Positions 56,112-63,808 of a DNA stretch of 64,000 bases are shown here, piece by piece. Numbering within the stretch: the stretch's first letter is position 1; every line of letters starts with the position of its first letter. Origin of the DNA: a virus (taxonomy: Duplodnaviria > Caudoviricetes); the IMG/VR virus record IMGVR_UViG_3300020042_012680, positions 10,248-74,247 of that record; one strand, given 5' to 3'. Made by a program: the position numbers and the translations under genes. The notes below the pieces were generated by a model that ran no database searches, was not told where the DNA came from, and was given only the letters and a program-made list of their open reading frames with translations.

Positions 56112-57956
56112 TTAATTTAACATTATTGGGGTAAAAGTCTGTGATATTTCTTCTTTTGGTGCGTTTATTATATCATTATAGCACTTCAAACCCCAATTCA
56201 CTAATAAAAGTGCAGAATAATTATCTTTTCTTGCTTTATTTGCAGAAGAGCTTCTTTTTAAATGCTGTGGCAAATCGAACGATTGAGTGCCTCTGGCTGT
56301 TGATGAATGCTCTACTAATGTGCATTGTTTTTTAGTTTGATATATAAAATCATCTTGATTTTCAATAAAGTCTAGAGTAGACCAATCTTTTTTTTCTTCT
56401 GTTTTCATTAAATCTATTGGCATGTTTTGATTAAATTGAGATTCAAAAAAACTATCATTTGCACAAGTTTTGCTCGCAAACCATATTTTCTTGTAATCAA
56501 TAGAGGCTTGTAGATGTTCGTTTGCTTTACGAATAAAATTGCTAGTGAACACTTGATTAAAGGCTATTTTCTTTGATTCTAAATTGTAGCTATTCCTAAC
56601 TTTACGAACTTCTTGCTCATAATCTGCACCTTCTAAATCAGAATTAAATTCAAAAGTATTAAGTATCAGATTATTGCTTTTGAATAATTCAGATTGATTA
56701 CAAGCAGAAAGAAATACGTCTGCCCCAGCATTATCCAAAATCATAAATACAATATTAAAATTAGTCATGATATAGTATAAATAATTAACATGATTTTTTA
56801 AATTTCCTAATCCAGCATAAGTATGAACTAATGTGCCAGTTTTAGTTTCTTCATCGATCTCCATTACTGCCATCGCGAAATAATCCGCATTAGGACTATC
56901 ACTCATATTAGGATCAATGCCGAGTATATATTTTTTTCCTGAAGTCCCTTTCATTAAAGTGTGAGGAGATTGACCATTTGGAATAGTGCATTCTTCCATT
57001 TTTTTTGCACTAAAATAACTATCACTGCCATCAATAAATCTAGCGCAATATTCTCTCAAAAAACTACTATGACTTGATCCTCCATTTTGCGCTTCTTCAA
57101 TAATTGTTTTATCTATCATTTCTAACGGCAGAGCTTCGTAACTTAATTGAGATACAAAATAAGAAGCTTCTGTCTTTTCTTTTGAATGAATTTTTTCTAC
57201 CCATTCGTTATATGTTTTATAAAGATTTTCGAATGTATAACTTGCAGAAGAAAGAGCTATCATTTTACTATTATTTTCAAAAACCATTCGATCTTCTTCT
57301 TTCATTGCTCCTTCTCTTATTAAAGCGTCTTCCATTTCCCTAATTTCCATTCGTTCCTTCATGTTTTGTGGAGCAACCAAGAATGGCATCAATACAGTTT
57401 TAACAATATCCTCTGACAACAAAAGGAACTCGTCAAGTACTAATACGTTAGCACGAAATCCTCGAATCTTTTCTCCGCTTAAAGGAATAGCTACAATACT
57501 TCCGCCATTAATTGACCATTCGTATTGATCATTTCTTTTACTTTTTGAACCAAAAGCTTGTTGAAGAAGTTCTGCACCTTTACTATTTACAATTTTTTCT
57601 AGATTATTAAATATGAATCTAGCTGTTCGAAAAGTTGGTCCTGCAATTAGAATTTTAGTATTAGGCTCAAAAACACATTGAAGAAAACAAAATACGCTTG
57701 CGATAAAACTCTTGCCACAACCTCTACCAAATACGCACATACTAAAGTTTCTATTTAATAAAGCTTTAAGATGAATTTCTTGATACGGAGCTAATTTGAT
57801 ACCACTTATAAGTTCAGTAGTAAAGCCTAAATTGGCTCTTAAAAATTTAGCAAGAGATATTTTTGCATCTTTATCGTTAAGAATACCTTTAAGATTCATT
57901 AATTCTTTATTAATATCTGGATAATTTTTTTTATATTTATCTGGAGAGTATATCAT
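56112..57956 (-). CDS. terL: Terminase large subunit
   Basis: APYQ, FGRGCGKS (Walker A), IRGFRANVLVLDEF (Walker B), ALSSA, FLREYCARF, ILGIDP and RKDNYSAL nuclease motifs. Confidence 0.92.
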   Translation of the reverse strand: MIYSPDKYKKNYPDINKELMNLKGILNDKDAKISLAKFLRANLGFTTELISGIKLAPYQEIHLKALLNRNFSMCVFGRGCGKSFIASVFCFLQCVFEPNTKILIAGPTFRTARFIFNNLEKIVNSKGAELLQQAFGSKSKRNDQYEWSINGGSIVAIPLSGEKIRGFRANVLVLDEFLLLSEDIVKTVLMPFLVAPQNMKERMEIREMEDALIREGAMKEEDRMVFENNSKMIALSSASYTFENLYKTYNEWVEKIHSKEKTEASYFVSQLSYEALPLEMIDKTIIEEAQNGGSSHSSFLREYCARFIDGSDSYFSAKKMEECTIPNGQSPHTLMKGTSGKKYILGIDPNMSDSPNADYFAMAVMEIDEETKTGTLVHTYAGLGNLKNHVNYLYYIMTNFNIVFMILDNAGADVFLSACNQSELFKSNNLILNTFEFNSDLEGADYEQEVRKVRNSYNLESKKIAFNQVFTSNFIRKANEHLQASIDYKKIWFASKTCANDSFFESQFNQNMPIDLMKTEEKKDWSTLDFIENQDDFIYQTKKQCTLVEHSSTARGTQSFDLPQHLKRSSSANKARKDNYSALLLVNWGLKCYNDIINAPKEEISQTFTPIMLN

Positions 57957-58888
57957 AATAGTTTTAGGTCATAAGCTAATTGAAGATCTACTTGTTTATA
58001 AAAACAATTTGATGTAAAAATAGACTCAATTACTCTTGTCATCTCTCCTCTTCCATCTACAAAAAGAAATTGTAGATTATCATAGTTCTGAAGTAACTCT
58101 CGAACATTATGAAATATATATTCTGGAGTTGCTTTAATTTTTTTACTAATATGTGGAAGATACTGAAAGCTAAGTGCATTAGATAATTTTTCTTCTACTA
58201 TAACAATCAAATATGCTCCGCTTTTCTTTGCTCGATCTATTTCGTTTTTAAATCTATCAAAGTTTTTAACGCTTAATGTACTAATGAAATCGCTTAAACT
58301 TTTTCTTTCTATAAAGCATTTACAATTATCATTACTACAAGAATAATCTCCAAATGGTAAAGTCTTAATCTCAAACTTTGTGTCAAATTTTAACCAACTT
58401 TGTTCTCTGGTGTCAATATATATAATTGATTTCTTGTTTAATTTATTTTTAAATTGATCTATTATATTAGATGGATGAATGAATCTGTTCTCTAATCCTA
58501 AACTTGAGCAAACATCATAATAATCATCAAATATCTTATTATAAAAAATAATAGAGGGTGCCATAATTGTTCTTAGTTCTACTTGAGATGGACTATAGGT
58601 TAAATTTTTATCGGCTTTTCTTTTTGATAATAGTTGTTTGCAATATTCTTGAGCTTTTTCAACTGATTGTTGCTTAAGCCATTTTTTCATATTGTTTTTA
58701 TCATTAAAATCACTATTTAAATATTGTTCTTTAGTCTTAAAATTAATAAGTTCATTTGTTAATAAATCTCGTCTTTCAAAATATGTTTGATAATATTTTA
58801 TTTTATTCAAACCATAACCCTTGAGGGACATATGTAATGCCTTATCACTTGGAAACTCTTTTCCATCTACTTTACATATAACTGACAT
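57953..58888 (-). CDS. ERCC4 (XPF/Mus81-type) nuclease-domain protein
   Basis: IYIDTREQ, LPFGDY, FIERKSLSDFISTL, RFKNEIDR..K; overlaps terL start. Confidence 0.82.
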   Translation of the reverse strand: MSVICKVDGKEFPSDKALHMSLKGYGLNKIKYYQTYFERRDLLTNELINFKTKEQYLNSDFNDKNNMKKWLKQQSVEKAQEYCKQLLSKRKADKNLTYSPSQVELRTIMAPSIIFYNKIFDDYYDVCSSLGLENRFIHPSNIIDQFKNKLNKKSIIYIDTREQSWLKFDTKFEIKTLPFGDYSCSNDNCKCFIERKSLSDFISTLSVKNFDRFKNEIDRAKKSGAYLIVIVEEKLSNALSFQYLPHISKKIKATPEYIFHNVRELLQNYDNLQFLFVDGRGEMTRVIESIFTSNCFYKQVDLQLAYDLKLL

Positions 58889-58892
58889 AAAA

Positions 58893-59987
58893 TTATCCGT
58901 TTAAAATATCGTCTTCTGATATTCCAAGTATTCTAGCTTTTAATTCGTCCATTGAACCAAGCCGTTCGATTTCTTTCTTGATGCTATTTTTTCTGAGCTC
59001 TGCTATTTTTAGCAATTTTTGCCTTGACTCTTCTTGCTTCCACATTTCAACAAGATTCAAAATACTGGCGTTTTCTTTAACTTGCTTGCTGAGTCTTTCG
59101 CTTCTTTTTACTTTAAGATCTTGTAATAATTTTTGTTGACGATTAACGCAGTCATTATACTCTTTTCTTGCTGTACTGCTAGCTTCTACTACTGCCATTG
59201 GAATTTTACCGTCTTCTTGAGTTGCTATATCTATTTGATCTTGTAATGCCGTAATTGTTTGTTGAATGCTAGATGATATTACTACTTCTGTAGCTAGTAC
59301 GATATATTGATCTACTTCTTCTTGAGTTAAATCACTTTTATCATAAGTATATCTAACGAAACTGCTTTCAAAAAGATCTCTATCATTTTCATCACGATAA
59401 AGATTAATTTGATGGGTAAATCTATAGGTATTCATGTAGCCAATCAAGGAGTTTACTTCTTTCTTTTGTCTTGGGGTGATCTTTTCTTTATCAATTCCAT
59501 CTAATATATATTTATTAATTTTGACAACCATTCTATCTTCGCTTCTTGGCGCTTTATAAGCTTCTGTGGCAATATTTTCATTAGTATCATTAAGATATTT
59601 AATATTACTAGGTATAGTTTTCATATAATCAAGAATACTCCTAGTTTCTTGGGAAAGATTTGTTAGTGATTCATTTTTAAATAAAATTTTCGCTATTTCC
59701 ATCCCTGTCATAGTCGCACAATTATTGCTAATATATTCTTTTTGATCTTCTGTTAATTCTATAAGACCTTTAGCTTGATATTCGTGACTCTTTCGTGGTT
59801 TAATTTGTCTTGCTGCAAGAAATTGCTTAACAGCTTTCCCCTCTTTGCTTCTACCATCAAGATCATCTCTACCAAAAGCTAATTTAACCAATTCAGTAAG
59901 AGATGGCGGATTATTAGCGCGATCATTCCATTCTTCTAAAAGCTTTAATTGTTGCTGTTCTGTTAATTCTGGTAAATTTTCACTCAT
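58893..59987 (-). CDS. Hypothetical helical protein (terminase small subunit candidate)
   Basis: N-terminal HTH-like segments, C-terminal coiled coil, upstream of terL. Positional only. Confidence 0.3.
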   Translation of the reverse strand: MSENLPELTEQQQLKLLEEWNDRANNPPSLTELVKLAFGRDDLDGRSKEGKAVKQFLAARQIKPRKSHEYQAKGLIELTEDQKEYISNNCATMTGMEIAKILFKNESLTNLSQETRSILDYMKTIPSNIKYLNDTNENIATEAYKAPRSEDRMVVKINKYILDGIDKEKITPRQKKEVNSLIGYMNTYRFTHQINLYRDENDRDLFESSFVRYTYDKSDLTQEEVDQYIVLATEVVISSSIQQTITALQDQIDIATQEDGKIPMAVVEASSTARKEYNDCVNRQQKLLQDLKVKRSERLSKQVKENASILNLVEMWKQEESRQKLLKIAELRKNSIKKEIERLGSMDELKARILGISEDDILNG

Positions 59988-59988
59988 A

Positions 59989-60672
59989 CTAATTTATATC
60001 TATATCTCCATTATACAGATGTTTTTTAACTTTAATCATGATAGCTTTTTTTAAATTTTTTACTTGTTTATATCCTATCTTGCGATTCTTTTCGTTCGTT
60101 TTATATCCCATTAATTTGGCTGAATCTTCTTCTGATTTATGTTTAATGTAGTAAAGCTCATAAAATTTCCACTCTATAGGTTTAAGAATTTGATGCATCT
60201 TGTTGTGAATATTTTTCTCAGCCTTATCTATGTTAAGTTCGTTTTCTTTTATATTATGAATTTCTTGAACATGATTTTCGTAAGCTACTGGTAGTTTTAT
60301 ATCATATGCTGATTTTTTACTTTTTTCCCATTTAGCATATAATGGACATTTACTGCATTGAGTTGCATATATACTACAACCATTTTCGTTCTCTGCAGCA
60401 GCACACTTCAAGCATGGTCTAGAATAATTACCGTAATTATTTCTTATTAAATTTTTAATTTGATTACTAACTATTCTATTTAGCCAAGGAGCTAGGGGTT
60501 GTTTTTGATTATACATGTGCCATTTTTTATAAATGTGAAGCCTTAATATTTGAGACACGTCATTAAAATCCATCCAAGCCAAAGAAGTTAAGTTCCACTT
60601 ATATTTTCTTTTATTTATCTCTTGATTTATCTCCAAGATTTTACTTTCAAAACTTGCTTTTGGAGAATTCAT
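59989..60672 (-). CDS. Phage sigma70/ECF-like RNA polymerase sigma factor with Cys-rich insert
   Basis: DFNDVSQILRLHIYKKWHMYNQKQPLAPWLNRIVSNQIKNLIR (region 2); LKPIEWKFYELYY...SEEDSAKLMG (region 4 HTH); CLKC..C..CSKC in between. Confidence 0.75.
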   Translation of the reverse strand: MNSPKASFESKILEINQEINKRKYKWNLTSLAWMDFNDVSQILRLHIYKKWHMYNQKQPLAPWLNRIVSNQIKNLIRNNYGNYSRPCLKCAAAENENGCSIYATQCSKCPLYAKWEKSKKSAYDIKLPVAYENHVQEIHNIKENELNIDKAEKNIHNKMHQILKPIEWKFYELYYIKHKSEEDSAKLMGYKTNEKNRKIGYKQVKNLKKAIMIKVKKHLYNGDIDIN

Positions 60673-60675
60673 TAA

Positions 60676-61095
60676 TTATTTTTTATTTTTTCTTAACGAT
60701 CCTGCTTCTCTGGCAAAGTCTTCTAAAGTTTGTTTTTTTGAAGGTCTTTTGCTTTTTATTTTAATTTTATTTGATTTTTGATTTTCTGAAGTTCCCATTA
60801 AATCTCTCAACTTAACTCCTCTGCTTGTACTGTCGGCTTGTGTTTCGAGTTGAATTTCTGAAATTTCTGGTACGCTTATACTTTCATTATCATCAAAATC
60901 TGAATCATCTTCAATATCTAATTCTGATTTATAAGATTTTTTGGCGATAGCCGACTTTTGATCTGTTTCTCTTTTTACAATAGGTTGAGGGTTTTGAAGG
61001 TTTTTCTGAAAAGGACTACCGCAGTTTGAACAAAATAATGGTTTTTTTAAACTATATTCTGTTGGTGCACCACAATCAATACAATATATCTTCAT
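60676..61095 (-). CDS. Double Zn-ribbon protein
   Basis: YCIDCG...FCSNCGSPF N-terminus; low-complexity tail. Confidence 0.7.
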   Translation of the reverse strand: MKIYCIDCGAPTEYSLKKPLFCSNCGSPFQKNLQNPQPIVKRETDQKSAIAKKSYKSELDIEDDSDFDDNESISVPEISEIQLETQADSTSRGVKLRDLMGTSENQKSNKIKIKSKRPSKKQTLEDFAREAGSLRKNKK

Positions 61096-61103
61096 TTAAT
61101 ATT

Positions 61104-61132
61104 ATTATATAATAAGTATTAATTTAAATCTA
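61104..61132 (-). promoter_or_regulatory. TAGATT-N17-TATAAT promoter-like element heading the sigma/terminase operon
   Basis: TAGATT 61132-61127, TATAAT 61109-61104, ATG 61095 8 nt later. Confidence 0.4.
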
Positions 61133-61174
61133 ATTAAAATAATTATTTAAGATTATATAATATTAATAGATACT

Positions 61175-61546
61175 TTATTTTGCTTTTGATTCTGATGCGG
61201 GAGACACAGCTTCTGTATTGATTGATTCGGAAAGTGGAGCTTCTACTTTTATTTCAGCTATAGGAGCTGGAGTTTCAATTTTTTGTTCAATTATTGGTTC
61301 TATTTTAGCTTGTTTATCGGCTTCTTCTTGAGCTTTTTTCTCTTTAATTTCTTTGATCTTATCTGAGAAATCAATTTCTATGCCGTTTCTGTCTGCTGCT
61401 TTGCTCTTATCTTTTGGCCCACTATATGTATTTAAACAAATTGCCACTTTTTGCTTTTGAGGATATTTCTCATCTTTCATGAATTCCATGCAGCGACCCA
61501 TATAGTCATTTTGTTTTTCGTTATCTTTTTTTTCAGGTATAGGCAC
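61175..61546 (-). CDS. Conserved phage protein (P.P...E...F/Y..RCM...Q..AIC motif)
   Basis: PIPEKKDNEKQNDYMGRCM...QKVAICLNTY. The track ATG at 61555 lies inside the GTGTAATG motif, so GTG 61546 is the likelier start. Confidence 0.55.
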   Translation of the reverse strand: MPIPEKKDNEKQNDYMGRCMEFMKDEKYPQKQKVAICLNTYSGPKDKSKAADRNGIEIDFSDKIKEIKEKKAQEEADKQAKIEPIIEQKIETPAPIAEIKVEAPLSESINTEAVSPASESKAK

Positions 61547-61552
61547 ATCTAG

Positions 61553-61582
61553 CATTACACATGTTTTTTAACTAGTGTAATG
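61553..61582. promoter_or_regulatory. Divergent pair of GTGTAAT motifs (8-bp inverted repeat)
   Basis: CATTACAC 61553-61560 and GTGTAATG 61575-61582. Confidence 0.7.
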
Positions 61583-61590
61583 AGGTTTAT

Positions 61591-61665
61591 ATGACCTTTT
61601 CTACTATTTTAATTTGTTTTGCTGTGTTAGTTTATATATATTATTTAGTAGAGAGAGTTAAGTAA
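61591..61665 (+). CDS. 24-aa single-TM microprotein, missed by the ORF track
   Basis: MTFSTILICFAVLVYIYYLVERVK*; preceded by GTGTAAT and GAGGT SD. Confidence 0.55.
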   Translation: MTFSTILICFAVLVYIYYLVERVK

Positions 61666-61672
61666 AAATTAA

Positions 61673-62053
61673 TTAAGCGGCGGTGATGGTGATTGTGGGG
61701 CCAGTTCCAAGAGTATAAGTCCATCCAGTTGTAGGAATGATAAGCGGATTTGTGCTGGGATTTGTTGCCTCTATAACCAACGCACCTTCTTCTCCAGAAG
61801 AATGCTGAACCAATGACCAAGTATTTGCCACATCATAATTAAAGGTCAATCTTTGAAAGGATATGCTTTCAGTTGGATTATAAACGGCATAAAATGTATA
61901 AGCAGGGTAATCACTCCTAGCATAGTTAATTCCAGAAGTATCTCCAAACGTAACGACTACATTTGTGGTTGTAGCTACGACAATCCCGCTAGATGCTCCA
62001 GATCCTGTTCTTGGAATTTTGAAGGTTGTATTTTTTTTAATTATTAAGCTCAT
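61673..62053 (-). CDS. Small beta-rich protein, paralog of 62059-62382
   Basis: MSLIIKK..., GIVVATT..VVV, ends TITAA. Start moved to ATG 62053. Confidence 0.6.
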   Translation of the reverse strand: MSLIIKKNTTFKIPRTGSGASSGIVVATTTNVVVTFGDTSGINYARSDYPAYTFYAVYNPTESISFQRLTFNYDVANTWSLVQHSSGEEGALVIEATNPSTNPLIIPTTGWTYTLGTGPTITITAA

Positions 62054-62058
62054 ATTTT

Positions 62059-62382
62059 TTAAGCAGCGGTGATGGTCTCTCCATTGGGCCAACCAGACAT
62101 AGGAATTTGAGTTTCATCGCTCCAAGTTTGATGCGTTACAACAGCGTTTGTATCTAAATTACAGAGCGACCACCTATTGGGGATTGCTGCATCTCCGAAG
62201 TTCCAAATCAAATTCCAATTCCCATCATCAGATCGTTGCCATTGATCTGGTATAATCTTATAATATGTCCCGTTAAACCCACTTGATGAACCAGATACAA
62301 TAACTGCACTCGTACTCGCCACAGGAATCCCACTTGGCGCAGCTGGAATTACAACAGCATCTCTTTTAACTATAAAAGCCAT
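62059..62382 (-). CDS. Small beta-rich protein, paralog of 61673-62053
   Basis: MAFIVKR..., GIPVAST..VIV, ends TITAA; GTGTAA 8 nt upstream. Confidence 0.6.
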   Translation of the reverse strand: MAFIVKRDAVVIPAAPSGIPVASTSAVIVSGSSSGFNGTYYKIIPDQWQRSDDGNWNLIWNFGDAAIPNRWSLCNLDTNAVVTHQTWSDETQIPMSGWPNGETITAA

Positions 62383-62395
62383 AAACTATATTACA

Positions 62396-62662
62396 CTACT
62401 CTTTTAAATAGGTTTTTATATCTTTAATTAACTTTTTTCTATTATTTATTTCTAAAACTGTTACTAAAGTAGCTATTGATATTGGAAAGAATACTCTAAG
62501 AAAGAATTGAAGGTGATCTTCCTTACTTAATAAATCAAAGTAATTAATGTAAAGGTCACTTAGCCCCCAAAGCGTTAAAAGCATACCCAAAGTAAATGAG
62601 ATAAAAAAGAACTTATCATAAGTTTTTAAATTAGCCCACCAATTTTTTATTTTGATCGCCAT
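62396..62662 (-). CDS. Two-TM membrane protein
   Basis: Two hydrophobic helices and a basic C-terminus; GTGTAA 8 nt upstream. Confidence 0.6.
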   Translation of the reverse strand: MAIKIKNWWANLKTYDKFFFISFTLGMLLTLWGLSDLYINYFDLLSKEDHLQFFLRVFFPISIATLVTVLEINNRKKLIKDIKTYLKE

Positions 62663-62680
62663 ACGTAGGCTTACACAAGA

Positions 62681-63064
62681 TTAAATTGGAGTTGCTTCTA
62701 GTGGATTTGGATTAGAATTTACTGGCGGTATAAGTAGAGGGTTAAATTGTTGAGATCCAAATGGCTGCGAGATATTACTGCTACGATTTTCAGATCCACT
62801 CTCAGCATTAACATCTAAAGCAGGATCAACCTCTGTTTCTGTTTTAGATTCAAATCCTTTTGATTCAACTTCTACTGATCCACCACCAGATGGAACATCA
62901 TAGGTTTTGCCCATAATATCAAAAGATATTGGAACTGAATGTCCAGAACTAACTAAAGTTATCTTGCCATTCTTATCTTTATTGATTGATATTTTGATTT
63001 TATCTTCAGCATAAGAAGTTTGAATTAAAATTACTGCTAATAGTATATATATTAATTTTTGCAT
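62681..63064 (-). CDS. Secreted protein
   Basis: Sec signal peptide MQKLIYILLAVILIQTSYA-E; Pro-rich tail. Confidence 0.65.
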   Translation of the reverse strand: MQKLIYILLAVILIQTSYAEDKIKISINKDKNGKITLVSSGHSVPISFDIMGKTYDVPSGGGSVEVESKGFESKTETEVDPALDVNAESGSENRSSNISQPFGSQQFNPLLIPPVNSNPNPLEATPI

Positions 63065-63354
63065 AAATTTGTTTTTAATCTTACTTCTTTTATCATATAT
63101 CCTACTGATACATAGATTGCTTCATTGTAAATTGGATTAGATGGTTTGTGGCTATTTAAATTTAATATCCATTTATGGGAATCCAATTCTATAGGCTCAA
63201 TACCTTTGGTAAAGCATGAAGCTTCTTTTGTAACATATACAAACTCTAATCCAGATTTTTTTATATCTTCTTCTAATGTAGACTCAGGCATATAAGCTAA
63301 ACAAAAAATAAGCCCTGTTATAAAAATGCTAAATGTATAATAAATTTTATTCAT
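63052..63354 (-). CDS. N-anchored membrane protein
   Basis: ATG 63354 overlaps the upstream TGA (ATGA); N-terminal hydrophobic helix. Confidence 0.5.
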   Translation of the reverse strand: MNKIYYTFSIFITGLIFCLAYMPESTLEEDIKKSGLEFVYVTKEASCFTKGIEPIELDSHKWILNLNSHKPSNPIYNEAIYVSVGYMIKEVRLKTNLCKN

Positions 63355-63569
63355 TGAATTGTAAAAATAGAATATCTTCCTTTCCCCAAGCATTGGTAAT
63401 AGTACCTGTACTTTTCTTCTCCAACTTTATGAACTCCAAAAACTTCATCTTTAAAGTAATCTTTTAAACTAACTGTATCGTGATCTCCAACATGTTTTTT
63501 AATCCAAGTAGAAACTTCACCAACGTTTCCTTCAAAGACTACTACTTTTCCATGACTTGTGTATTGCAT
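63351..63569 (-). CDS. Hypothetical protein
   Basis: 72-aa ORF in a chain of overlapping genes. Confidence 0.4.
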   Translation of the reverse strand: MQYTSHGKVVVFEGNVGEVSTWIKKHVGDHDTVSLKDYFKDEVFGVHKVGEEKYRYYYQCLGKGRYSIFTIQ

Positions 63570-63808
63570 TTTTCTGTTCCGCTAGCTGTTTGTATATCTA
63601 AATTGTTTTTAGTTTGTTTAGCTACTATTGATCCTATCATAGTTAATACTAAAACGCAAGCAAAAATTAAAGCATAATGTGTTTTTTCTTGAGCTTTCTT
63701 TTGAGCTCTATATTGATGGAAATTACTTATAAAATCTTCTGTGTCTCTTTTAGAAGGAAGACTCTTTTCATAATTATTTAATAATAAGTTTCTCAATTTA
63801 TTATCCAT
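63542..63808 (-). CDS. Single-pass membrane protein (anti-sigma-like topology)
   Basis: Short cytoplasmic N-domain, basic stretch, TM helix YALIFACVLVLTMIGSIV. Confidence 0.5.
   Translation of the reverse strand: MDNKLRNLLLNNYEKSLPSKRDTEDFISNFHQYRAQKKAQEKTHYALIFACVLVLTMIGSIVAKQTKNNLDIQTASGTEKCNTQVMEK

Noticed and set aside
2-57956. Inteins or introns in dnaE or terL
   Set aside because: Both visible coding regions are compact and continuous, with no splicing motifs or homing endonuclease inserts.
39711-58888. Giant-virus (NCLDV) origin, suggested by DUF5824-like, collagen, ERCC4 and glycosyltransferase genes
   Set aside because: Terminase, portal, HK97-type head module, TMP, lambda-like tail tip, holin/endolysin and bacterial promoters and SDs define a tailed bacteriophage.
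6330-62700. A conserved -35 element for the GTGTAA promoters
   Set aside because: Upstream flanks inspected by eye are only A/T-rich with no shared hexamer; a formal motif search could still find a weak one.
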